Shown one piece after another: positions 1 to 8,792 of a stretch of 64,000 bases of DNA. Each line of letters starts with the position of its first letter. Position 1 is the stretch's first letter. Below the pieces are notes generated by a model. The model was not told the DNA's origin. It worked only from the letters and a program-made list of their open reading frames with translations, and ran no database searches. Position numbers and translations under genes: made by a program. Origin of the DNA: an uncultured delta proteobacterium (GTDB lineage: Bacteria; Myxococcota_A; Polyangia; Polyangiales; Polyangiaceae); NCBI GenBank assembly GCA_963782055.1, contig CAWAIF010000002.1, positions 32,001 through 96,000 on the forward strand. Direction: 5' to 3'.

Positions 1-2
1 CG

Positions 3-1241
3 GCGCACGAGGCGGTGGACATGCGCGGGCAGCCGCTCGAGGTGGTCCACCGCGACGTGAGCCCGCAGAACGTCATCGTCGGAGTGGACGGGTCGAGCAG
101 GCTCATCGACTTCGGCGTGGCGAAGGCCGCGCACCGCCTGACCGAGACGCGCAGCGGCAGCCTGAAGGGCAAGTACAGCTACATGGCACCGGAGCAGGCG
201 CGCGGGGAGGCCGTCGACCGGCGTACCGACGTCTTCTCCGCCGGCGTCGTGCTGCACGAGGCGCTCACGGGCAAGCGCCTCTTCCGCGGCGAGAACGACC
301 TGGACACGATCCGTCGCATCACGGAGGGCGAGGTGCCGGTGCCGTCCACCCTGGTGCCCGCGGTGAGCAAGGAGCTGGACGCGGTGGTGCTCCGCGCGCT
401 GGAGCGCGACCCGGCGAAGCGCTTCCAGAGCGCGGGGGAGATGATGGAGGCGCTCGAGAAGGCGTGTTCCCTGGCACCCGCGCGCGCGGTCACCGCGATG
501 CTGGAGCGCACCTGCGGCGAGCGGCTGCAAGAGCGCCGGGACACCCTGCGGCAGATGGTGGAGGGGACGCTGCCACCGCTGGCGCTGGACCTGGAGACGG
601 AGCGGGACAACTCCGAGCCGTCGAAGTCGGTGCCCGCCGCCCCCGACAGCGCCCCACCGAGCGAGCCTAGCTTCGGGACCGGCGGGCAGCTCTCCATGCT
701 GAACGCGGCGTCGGAGGCGCCACCGCGCGGCGGCTTGCGGCGCGCGCTCGCCGCGGGGGTGGTGGTGCTGGTCGTCGTCCTGGTCACAGCCGCCGGCTTC
801 TTCGCGATGCGCCGGCCGGCGGCGGACGCCGCGGGCGCCGCCCGGTCCGCGACGCTCGCCGCGCCCGCGTCCGCGCCTTCCGCGACATCGGCTCCCGCCG
901 CGAGCCAGATGGCCGCGGATGCCGTCGCGGCCGACGAGGTGCGGATCACCCTGCACGCCCACGCGCCGATCGAGAGCGTGCGCGCGCCGGGCACGCACCG
1001 CATGGCGATCGACGGGGACCACGCCACGGTGGTCGTCCAGAAGTGGAGCGGGAGCCTGGTCGTCGACGCCACGCTCCGGGGCGGCGCCCACGCGAAGGCC
1101 ACGCTCGACGCCGCCGGCCCGCGCGAGGCCGATCTGGCGGTGGTCGAGGAGGCGCCCAGGGCGCCGACGGCGAAGACGGCCTCGCCCCCGAAGGGGCGAC
1201 CCAGGGCGACGTCCAGCGAGCTGCAGGCGAGCCCCTACTGA
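3..1241 (+). CDS. Ser/Thr protein kinase, membrane-anchored (5' end outside window)
   Basis: Hanks motifs [25 protein letters not shown] segment ([18 protein letters not shown]) followed by a Pro/Ala-rich extracytoplasmic tail. Confidence 0.93.
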   Translation, partial: AHEAVDMRGQPLEVVHRDVSPQNVIVGVDGSSRLIDFGVAKAAHRLTETRSGSLKGKYSYMAPEQARGEAVDRRTDVFSAGVVLHEALTGKRLFRGENDLDTIRRITEGEVPVPSTLVPAVSKELDAVVLRALERDPAKRFQSAGEMMEALEKACSLAPARAVTAMLERTCGERLQERRDTLRQMVEGTLPPLALDLETERDNSEPSKSVPAAPDSAPPSEPSFGTGGQLSMLNAASEAPPRGGLRRALAAGVVVLVVVLVTAAGFFAMRRPAADAAGAARSATLAAPASAPSATSAPAASQMAADAVAADEVRITLHAHAPIESVRAPGTHRMAIDGDHATVVVQKWSGSLVVDATLRGGAHAKATLDAAGPREADLAVVEEAPRAPTAKTASPPKGRPRATSSELQASPY

Positions 1242-2272
1242 TGGCCGCCCGCGCCTTCCGTACCCTGTTGGCCGCCGCCCTCGTCGGCGGAGGCGTGGCC
1301 GCGCTGGTGGCTGCGTGCACCGTCTTCGACGGCCTGGAGTCGAAGGTGGTGAGCGCCGACGCGGGCACCGACGCGCCGGACCTCCCGCCCGGCGCGCAGC
1401 CGGGCTTCCTCTCGGTCGACGAGGCGGTGCGCTTCTGCTCCAACGTGGTGAAGTGCCCGCAGCTCGCCAGCTCGACGATCGACTCGCTCGGCCTCTTCGT
1501 CGACGTGTACGACTTCTCGGCGTGCGTCGACGGGCTCTCGGCGCCGCTCCCCTCGGACCGCATCGGTCGCGATCTCACCCGCCAGACCCTGCTCTGCGCC
1601 GCGAACGCGACGTCCTGCCAGGAGGCCGGGAGCTGCCTGTACTACGAGATCGTCCCGGGCAACGACTCGCGCTGCCAGTCGGTGGACGGCGGGAGCGCGT
1701 GCGCGGAGAACGGCGCGGCGGCCTACAACTGCGACTCGCAGGCGATCGTCCACTGTCAGAATGCCTACTTCGCCCCGGGATCGAGCTGCCAGACGGGCAC
1801 CGACGGCTCGCACTACTGCGCGCTGGCCACGACGTGCAAGCCGGAGGGGTGCAACGGGACGGTGCTGCAGTACTGCGCCTCCAACAGCAACCTCACGATC
1901 GGCTACGACTGCAACCTGCTCGGGTTGACCTGCGGGTTCGACCAGGCCAACCAGATCTACGATTGCCTGAGCAACGGCGCGAGCGCCCAGTGCTCCAGCA
2001 CCGGCGTTGCGTGTGACGGGGCGAGCGTCAAGGCGTGCGACGGGGCGTACGCCTCCTACCTGGACTGCCCGGCCATGGGCGCCACCTGCGACGCGGCGCA
2101 CCCGCGCTGCGCGCGCGCGACCGACGAGTGCAGCCCGTACGACGCCAACATGAACCAGTGCGACGGCACCAGCCTCACCATGTGCGTCGGCGGCAAGGTC
2201 ATCAAGTACGACTGCGGCTCGGTGGGGCTGACGTGCAAGGCCGGTCTCGGCGCCGGCAACGTCTGCGGGTGA
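1241..2272 (+). CDS. Cys-rich lipoprotein with internal disulfide repeats
   Basis: ATG overlaps the kinase stop (TGATG); lipobox-like LVAAC; about 31 Cys; repeated C-x-G...C...DC...G-x-TC units. Confidence 0.8.
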   Translation: MAARAFRTLLAAALVGGGVAALVAACTVFDGLESKVVSADAGTDAPDLPPGAQPGFLSVDEAVRFCSNVVKCPQLASSTIDSLGLFVDVYDFSACVDGLSAPLPSDRIGRDLTRQTLLCAANATSCQEAGSCLYYEIVPGNDSRCQSVDGGSACAENGAAAYNCDSQAIVHCQNAYFAPGSSCQTGTDGSHYCALATTCKPEGCNGTVLQYCASNSNLTIGYDCNLLGLTCGFDQANQIYDCLSNGASAQCSSTGVACDGASVKACDGAYASYLDCPAMGATCDAAHPRCARATDECSPYDANMNQCDGTSLTMCVGGKVIKYDCGSVGLTCKAGLGAGNVCG

Positions 2273-2315
2273 GCTCCGGGGGAAGCGTGGGGGTTGGGGC
2301 GCCGTAGATCCGGGT

Positions 2316-3476
2316 ATGCGGGCCGCGCTCCTCCTCCCGGCGCTCTCCGTCGTCGCCGCAGGATGCGCCGTGGAGGCCGCACCCGTACGCACGGCGTTCG
2401 CGGTGCCCGAGCCCTCCGCGCCGCTGGTGCTGACGACGCGGTGGCCGCTGGACCCCACGCCCTCCCCGGTCCTCGCGGAGCTCCGCCCGGAGGACGAGGC
2501 GAGCTACGAGGCGGTGGCTCGCGCCATCGCGGCCCGCGAGAGCGATCCCTTCGCGCGCATCAAGGCGATGCACGACTGGATCGCGCTGCACGTCGCGTAC
2601 GACGTCGACGAGGCCCGCCACGACGATCCATGGTGGGCGGGCACGCGCACGCGCCCCGCGCGCGGGCCGGAGCTGCCGACGCTGGTCGCGCCGCTCCAGG
2701 ACCCCTGCCGGGCGCTGGACGAGGGCTGCGTGCAGCGCCAGGTGGCCACCTCGATCCTCCGCACCGAGGAGCACGCGCCCGTCTGGGCGGCGACCACCTT
2801 CGCCACCCGCCGCGGCGTGTGCGCGGGCTACGCGAACCTCCTCACCGCGATGGCGCGCGTGACCGGCGACGACATCCGCTACGTCGTCGGCACCGCGCGG
2901 GTGCCCGACGAGAGCCGCGGGATGGTCAGCGCCCTGCACGCGTGGAACGTGGCGCGCATCGACGGGCGGCAGTATCCCATCGACGTCACGTGGGACGCCG
3001 GCACGACCCAGAAGACCGGGTACGTGCGCGACTACGGCACCGACTACCTCTTCACGCCGCCGGAGATCTTCCGGGCCGACCACCTCCCGCGGGATGATCG
3101 CGACCAGATCGCGCCGGCCGTCTCCGACGCCGCGCTCGAAGCGACGCCCATGCTCCGGGCGCCGCTGCGCGCCGCCGGCGTGTCGCTCGTCAGCCCCACG
3201 CGGCTGCCCGCGCCCGCGCAGGACATCGTGCTGGCCAACCCCTTCCACGTGGAGCTGCAGGCGACGACCTCCGACGGCGTCCGCTGCATCAGCGAGGACA
3301 GCGGCGCGGGGGCGGCGGCGCGCACGCGGCTCCGGTGCGGCAGGGCGCCGGGCGCGCCGCGGTGGGTGACGGTGCTCTTCCGGCCCCATGGTCGCTCGTG
3401 GGACTACGGGGCGGTGTTCGAGCTGGCCGACGAGCCCGCCTCCTGGCGCCCCTTCGTCGGGCAGACCGCATTCTGA
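2316..3476 (+). CDS. Transglutaminase-like domain lipoprotein
   Basis: Lipobox VAAGC; triad motifs RGVCAGYA, HAWN, IDVTWDAG. Confidence 0.85.
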   Translation: MRAALLLPALSVVAAGCAVEAAPVRTAFAVPEPSAPLVLTTRWPLDPTPSPVLAELRPEDEASYEAVARAIAARESDPFARIKAMHDWIALHVAYDVDEARHDDPWWAGTRTRPARGPELPTLVAPLQDPCRALDEGCVQRQVATSILRTEEHAPVWAATTFATRRGVCAGYANLLTAMARVTGDDIRYVVGTARVPDESRGMVSALHAWNVARIDGRQYPIDVTWDAGTTQKTGYVRDYGTDYLFTPPEIFRADHLPRDDRDQIAPAVSDAALEATPMLRAPLRAAGVSLVSPTRLPAPAQDIVLANPFHVELQATTSDGVRCISEDSGAGAAARTRLRCGRAPGAPRWVTVLFRPHGRSWDYGAVFELADEPASWRPFVGQTAF

Positions 3477-3558
3477 GAGGACGCCGGCGCTCCGCCATGC
3501 GTCGGGTGTGGCGACCGGGAGGCAGCTGGAGGGGGGTGTGCTACAAAGTCCGGTCCCC

Positions 3559-6357
3559 ATGCCCCATCCGTACGCCGACTTCGTCCACCGCGTGCAGAAG
3601 CCCGCGCGCTACCTCGGCGGCGAGCACGGATCCGTGCCGAAGGAGTGGGCCGCCGCCCAGGCGCGCGTGTGCCTCGCCTTCCCGGACATCTACGACATCG
3701 GGATGAGCCACCTCGGCTTCAAGATCCTCTACCGGATCCTCAACGACGATCCGCGCACCCTCGCCGAGCGCTGCTACGCCCCCTGGGTCGACATGGAGGC
3801 GGAGCTGCGCACCCGCGGCGTGCCGCTGGTGTCCCTGGAGAGCGCGCGACCGCTGCGCGACTTCGACGTGGTCGGCTTCTCCCTGCAGTTCGAGCTCACC
3901 TACACCAACGTGCTGACGATGCTGGAGCTGGGTGGCATCCCGCTGCGCTCCGCCGACCGCGCGGAGGACGACCCGCTCGTCGTCGCCGGCGGGCCCACGG
4001 CCACGCATCCGGAGCCGCTCTCCGCCTTCGTCGACGCCTTCGTCATCGGCGACGGCGAGGAGCGCACGACGGAGGTCGCCCTCGCGTGGACGGCGCTCCG
4101 GGAGCAGGGCGTGCTCCGCGGGGACCGCCTCGCCGCGCTGGCCAGGCTCCAGGGCGTGTACGTTCCCTCCCTCTACGAGACGGCGCGCGACGAGGACACC
4201 GGCTTCCTCGTCGTCGACCGCGCGGTGGCGCAGGGCGTCCCCCTGCCGGTGGAGCGCAACCTGGTCGCCGACCTGGACCGCTTCCCCTTCCCCGACGACG
4301 GCCCGGTCGGCGGGCCGGAGGCCATCTTCGATCGCATGTCGATCGAGATCGCCCGCGGGTGCACCGAGGGCTGCCGCTTCTGCCAGGCGGGCATGATCTA
4401 CCGCCCGGTGCGCGAGCGCGACCCGGAGCAGATCGTCGAGACGCTGACGCGCGCGGTGAAGAAGAGCGGCTACGACGAGGTGAGCCTCACCTCCCTCTCC
4501 ACCGCCGACTACTCCTGCATCGCCCCGCTCATCAAGAAGGTGACCGAGCGCCTCGCTCCGGAGCGCGTCAGCCTGGGCGTCAGCTCCCTGCGCGCCTACG
4601 GCCTCGGCGAGGAGACGCTGGACGACATCCAGCGCGTGCGCGCCGGCGGCATCACCTTCGCGCCGGAGGCGGGCAGCCAGCGCATGCGCGACGTGGTGAA
4701 CAAGAACGTCACCGAAGAGCAGCTCATGCAGACCGCCGAGCGCGTCTTCTCCCGCGGGTGGAACGCCATGAAGCTCTACTTCATGATCGGCCTCCCCACC
4801 GAGGAGGAGGAGGACGTGCGGGAGATCGCCCGGGTCGGCGCGCGGGCGCGGCAGGTGGGCAAGCGCATCAAGAAGGAGCGCAACGCCGGCCCGCCCACGG
4901 TGACGGTGAGCGTCTCCACGCACGTGCCCAAGCCGCACACGCCCTTCCAGTGGTGCGCGATGGACCGCCGCGAGGACGTGCAGCGCAAGCAGGGGTGGCT
5001 GCGGGAAGAGGCGCGCCGCGGCAAGGTGGACCTGCGCACGCACCACTCGGAGGGGAGCTGGCTGGAGGGCGTCTTCGCGCGCGGGGATCGCTCCCTGTGC
5101 GACGTGCTGGAGAGCGCGTACCGCGCCGGCGCGCGCTTCGACTCCTGGGACGAGCAGCTCCGCATCGAGGTCTGGGAGCGCGCCTTCGAGGAGCACGGCG
5201 TGGACCCGGCGCGTTTCCTCGGCACCATCCCGGTGACCGCGCGCCTGCCGTGGAGCCACATCGACGTCGGGCTGGACGAGGGCTTCCTCGCGGCGGAGTA
5301 CCGCAAGGCGATGAAGAGCCGGCTCTCCCCCCCGTGCGGGAAGGCCGCCGGGATGTTCGTCCACCACACCAACACCGAGGAGGCCGTCGCCGACGCGCGC
5401 AAGCTGGTCTGCTACGACTGCGGCGTCGCGTGCGACCTCGGGGCGATGCGCGAGGAGCGGCTGGTGTACCTGGATCGCCTGGGCGCCAAGAGCCCGCGGC
5501 CGTACGTGCCCAGCCCCGCGACGGCGGCGATGGCGCGCGCCAACAAGCCGCCCGCGCGGTTCGTGCAGGGCACGCCGCGGCGCTATCGATTCGTCTACAC
5601 CAAGCTCGGGCCGAGCGCCTTCCTCTCCCACCTGGATCTCATCCGGGCGCTGCCGCGATCCTTCCGGCGGCTGGCGCTGCCGCTCTTTTACTCCTCCGGT
5701 TTCCATCCCAAGCCGGACATGACCTTCGGTCCTGCGCTCTCGCTCGGGGTGGGCAGCCTGGGGGAGGTGGTGGACGTGAAGATGACGTGCGAGGCCGACC
5801 CGGCGGAGTGGCTCGCCGAGCTCACCGCGGGCTCCCCGGAGGGCCTCGCCTTCGTCGGGGCGCGCGCGCTCGGCCCTCAGGACCCGTCCGCGCCGAAGGT
5901 CGTCGACGCGGCCCGCTACGCGGTGGCGCTGCCGCGCGCGGCGGTGGGCGCCGACCTGGCCGCCCTGCGCGCGCGGGCAGCGGAGCGGCGCGCGCAGGAG
6001 TCGCTGCGCGTCATCCGCCGCATCGACGGCGTCGGCAAGCCGGTCGAGGTGCAGAAGTACCTGGTGCGCGCGGAGCTCGGCTCGGAGGAGGCGGAGGAGG
6101 AGATCGCGCGCGCGGGCCTCGTCGGCGACTTCTTCCCGATGCGGGTCGACGTGAGGGTCACCAGCTCCGGCGGCGTCAAGGTGAGCGAGGTGGTGGAGGC
6201 GCTCCTTCGCGAGGAGACCGACGTCCCGCACTTCGCCGTGCGCGTCGCCCTCGGCGCCTTCGCGCCGGACGGCTCGCTGCTCTCGCCGCTGGACCTGGAG
6301 GCCCTCCAGGCGCGGCGCGCGGCGGCCGAGCCGACCGTGGAGGCCGCGGGCGCGTGA
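3559..6357 (+). CDS. B12-binding radical SAM protein (TIGR03960-type) fused to a radical SAM-linked DUF2344/TIGR03936-type domain
   Basis: N-terminus VQKPARYLGGE, FPDIYDIGMSHLG; CxxxCxxC (CTEGCRFC); C-terminal FLSHLDL...YSSGFHPKP...FGPALSLG. Confidence 0.9.
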   Translation: MPHPYADFVHRVQKPARYLGGEHGSVPKEWAAAQARVCLAFPDIYDIGMSHLGFKILYRILNDDPRTLAERCYAPWVDMEAELRTRGVPLVSLESARPLRDFDVVGFSLQFELTYTNVLTMLELGGIPLRSADRAEDDPLVVAGGPTATHPEPLSAFVDAFVIGDGEERTTEVALAWTALREQGVLRGDRLAALARLQGVYVPSLYETARDEDTGFLVVDRAVAQGVPLPVERNLVADLDRFPFPDDGPVGGPEAIFDRMSIEIARGCTEGCRFCQAGMIYRPVRERDPEQIVETLTRAVKKSGYDEVSLTSLSTADYSCIAPLIKKVTERLAPERVSLGVSSLRAYGLGEETLDDIQRVRAGGITFAPEAGSQRMRDVVNKNVTEEQLMQTAERVFSRGWNAMKLYFMIGLPTEEEEDVREIARVGARARQVGKRIKKERNAGPPTVTVSVSTHVPKPHTPFQWCAMDRREDVQRKQGWLREEARRGKVDLRTHHSEGSWLEGVFARGDRSLCDVLESAYRAGARFDSWDEQLRIEVWERAFEEHGVDPARFLGTIPVTARLPWSHIDVGLDEGFLAAEYRKAMKSRLSPPCGKAAGMFVHHTNTEEAVADARKLVCYDCGVACDLGAMREERLVYLDRLGAKSPRPYVPSPATAAMARANKPPARFVQGTPRRYRFVYTKLGPSAFLSHLDLIRALPRSFRRLALPLFYSSGFHPKPDMTFGPALSLGVGSLGEVVDVKMTCEADPAEWLAELTAGSPEGLAFVGARALGPQDPSAPKVVDAARYAVALPRAAVGADLAALRARAAERRAQESLRVIRRIDGVGKPVEVQKYLVRAELGSEEAEEEIARAGLVGDFFPMRVDVRVTSSGGVKVSEVVEALLREETDVPHFAVRVALGAFAPDGSLLSPLDLEALQARRAAAEPTVEAAGA

Positions 6358-6373
6358 TACGTTGCTGGGCCGG

Positions 6374-7165
6374 ATGGATTCGCTCCGCGTCGCCACGCTC
6401 AACATCTGGAACCGCCTCGGGCCGTGGGAGGAGCGGCTCGCCGCCATCCGGGCGGAGGTGGAGCGCCTGCAGCCTGACATCCTCGGCCTGCAGGAGGTGC
6501 TCGTCCTGCCCGAGCACGACTTCGACCAGGCGGCGCTCGTCGCCGAGGGCTTCGGCTACCACGTGGCCTGGGGGCGCGCGCCGGACGCGACGACGTACAC
6601 CCTCGGCAACGCGGTGCTCTCCCGCTGGCCCATCGCCAGGACCTCCGTGTTCGGCCTCCCTGGGACCGACGAGAAGCGCTGCGCCGTGCTCGCCCAGATC
6701 GACGCGCCGAGCGGCACCGTCCCCTTCGTCTCCACGCACCTGAACTGGCGGCTGGACGAGGGCCACGTGCGCCAGCAGCAGGTGCGCGCGCTCACGTCCT
6801 ACGTCGCGGCGAACACCGCGGCCGACGGCTATCCCCCCATCGTCGTCGGGGACTTCAACGCCGAGCCGGACTCCGACGAGATCCGGTTCATGCGCGGCCT
6901 CACCGGCCTGGGCGGGCCTTGCGTGTATTATGCAGATGCCTTCGCGCTCGCCGGGGATGGCTCCGCCGGCCACACCTTCGCGCGCACCAACCCGTACGCC
7001 GCGCTGCTGCGCGAGCCCGACCGCCGCATCGACTACGTCTGGGTGCGCGGCGGCGACGAGCGGTTCCGCGGCGAGGTGCTGGAGGCGCGCGTGGCGTTCG
7101 ACTCGCCGCTGGGCGAGGCCTACCCCAGCGACCACTTCGGCCTCGTCGCGGTGCTGCGGGCGTGA
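6374..7165 (+). CDS. Endonuclease/exonuclease/phosphatase family protein
   Basis: ATLNI, DILGLQEV, THL, GDFN, RIDY, SDH motifs. Confidence 0.9.
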   Translation: MDSLRVATLNIWNRLGPWEERLAAIRAEVERLQPDILGLQEVLVLPEHDFDQAALVAEGFGYHVAWGRAPDATTYTLGNAVLSRWPIARTSVFGLPGTDEKRCAVLAQIDAPSGTVPFVSTHLNWRLDEGHVRQQQVRALTSYVAANTAADGYPPIVVGDFNAEPDSDEIRFMRGLTGLGGPCVYYADAFALAGDGSAGHTFARTNPYAALLREPDRRIDYVWVRGGDERFRGEVLEARVAFDSPLGEAYPSDHFGLVAVLRA

Positions 7166-7929
7166 CCCTCGCGCCGCACGCGATCGCCATCCTCGTCCTC
7201 ACGGCGTTCGCCGCGGGCTTCATCGACGCCATCGCCGGCGGCGGCGGCCTGCTCACCGCGCCGATGCTCTTCACCTTCGTGCCGCAGCCGCACCTGGCGC
7301 TCGGGACGAACAAGGGGCAGTCGGTCTTCGGGGCGATCTCGTCGGCGGTCTCCTACTGGCGCAGGGGCGGCGTGGACCGGGCCCGCGCGCCGGCGGCCTT
7401 CGTGTGCGGGCTGCTGGGGTCCCTCGTCGGGGCGCGCGCGCAGCTCGCCGTGCCATCCGGGCCGCTCATGCCCATCGCCCTCGGCCTGCTGGTGCTCGCG
7501 GCGATCGTCGCGGCATTTCGCCCGCGCGCCGCCGCCGCCGCCGCCCCGGAGCCGGGCAAGCCGCGCACCGGGCGGCTCGTCGCCATCTGCCTCTTTTTGG
7601 GCGCGTACGACGGATTCTTCGGCCCGGGCACCGGCTCGCTGCTCATCATCGCCTTCGTCACCTTCCTGGGCGACGGCATGACGCGGGCGTCGGGCAACGC
7701 GAAGATCGTCAACCTCGGCTCCAACATCGCGGCCTTCACCACCTTCGCGGTGCGGGGCACCATCCTCTGGCACGTCTCCGTGCCGATGGCCGCGGGCAAC
7801 GCGGCGGGGGCCTTCCTCGGCGCGCGGACCGCGCTCAAGCGAGGGGATCGCTTCGTGCGCTGGATCGTCCTCGCGGTGGTGGGCACGCTCATCGTCCGCC
7901 TCGCGTTCGAGCTGGTCCTGATGAGGTGA
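7162..7929 (+). CDS. TSUP/TauE-SafE family membrane transporter
   Basis: AGFIDAIAGGGGL, ALGTNK, GAYDGFFGPGTG; GTGA overlap with the upstream stop. Confidence 0.9.
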   Translation: MTLAPHAIAILVLTAFAAGFIDAIAGGGGLLTAPMLFTFVPQPHLALGTNKGQSVFGAISSAVSYWRRGGVDRARAPAAFVCGLLGSLVGARAQLAVPSGPLMPIALGLLVLAAIVAAFRPRAAAAAAPEPGKPRTGRLVAICLFLGAYDGFFGPGTGSLLIIAFVTFLGDGMTRASGNAKIVNLGSNIAAFTTFAVRGTILWHVSVPMAAGNAAGAFLGARTALKRGDRFVRWIVLAVVGTLIVRLAFELVLMR

Positions 7930-7973
7930 CGATGGGCCTTGGCGCACGGCCCCGGCCGGCGTAGCAAGGGGAT

Positions 7974-8792
7974 GTGGGGAGATCCGACCTCGTCTTCGCC
8001 CTCACCTGGCAGCGCAACACCGAGCCCGTCGGCGTGCGCGTCACGGAGCTGTTGCGGTGGCTCTCGGCGCGGGTGGGCCGTCGCGTCCAGCCGCGGGTGG
8101 CGCTGAGCTACGAGGAGCTGCTCCCCATGTTCCGGCAGGGCGAGGTGGACGTGGCGTGGCTGCCGCCGGTGGTGCACCTGCGCCTGCGGCGAGAGGGCCT
8201 GGCGCGGACGCTCCTGGTCAACGATCGCCACGACGCGGGCAGCTTCCGGGCGGTGCTGGCGATCCCCCGGCACGCGCACCGGGAGGGTCTCGGTTCATTG
8301 CAGAGTACACGGGTCGCGTGGGTGGACCCGTGGAGCGCCTCCGGCTACGTCCTGCCACGCATGGCGCTCGCCGCGCACGGGGTCGACCCCGCCGCCACCT
8401 TCCTGGAGGAGCGCTTCCTCGGCTCGCACGACGCGGCGCTGCGCGCGGTGGCCGACGGTCGGTTCGACGTGGCGGCCACCTTCGCCATCCGCGACGCCGG
8501 GGGCGGCCTCGTCCGCGCGGGCTGGTCGGGCATCGAGGGCGCGGACTTCGAGATCCTCCACGACGCCGGGGACGTCCCCTCCGACGTGCTCGCGGTGCGA
8601 AGCGACATGCCGCAGGACACCGCCGACGCCCTGGCGCGCCACCTGACGGAGGCGATCGCCGACCCGGAGGGTGGCGCCCTGCTCCGCGAGACACTGCGCG
8701 CCACCCGCTTCACCCGGGAGGAGCCGCGCTACGCCGCGCTGGAGCGCGAGCTGGATGAGGCGGTCCGCCGCGGCCTCTTCCCCTACTTCTGA
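7974..8792 (+). CDS. PhnD-like phosphate/phosphonate-binding-fold protein
   Basis: SYEEL...GEVDVAWLPP, AWVDPWSASGY, FLGSHDAALRAV, PSD motifs; no obvious signal peptide. Confidence 0.8.
   Translation: MGRSDLVFALTWQRNTEPVGVRVTELLRWLSARVGRRVQPRVALSYEELLPMFRQGEVDVAWLPPVVHLRLRREGLARTLLVNDRHDAGSFRAVLAIPRHAHREGLGSLQSTRVAWVDPWSASGYVLPRMALAAHGVDPAATFLEERFLGSHDAALRAVADGRFDVAATFAIRDAGGGLVRAGWSGIEGADFEILHDAGDVPSDVLAVRSDMPQDTADALARHLTEAIADPEGGALLRETLRATRFTREEPRYAALERELDEAVRRGLFPYF

Noticed and set aside
2284..2303. Possible further copy of the REP-like element
   Set aside because: Only the G-rich GCGTGGGGGTTGGGGC part resembles it; the AATTCACTT core and second hairpin are missing
3241..3256. parS-like CCTTCCACGTGGAGCT
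   Set aside because: Several mismatches in the outer arms; explained by the codons for PFHVEL
3541..6743. Very long antisense and alternative-frame ORFs (also 13110-15281, 30157-35040, 54112-56706 and others)
   Set aside because: Shadow ORFs expected at high GC: Arg/Ala/Gly/Pro-rich with no motifs outside the parts that coincide with real genes
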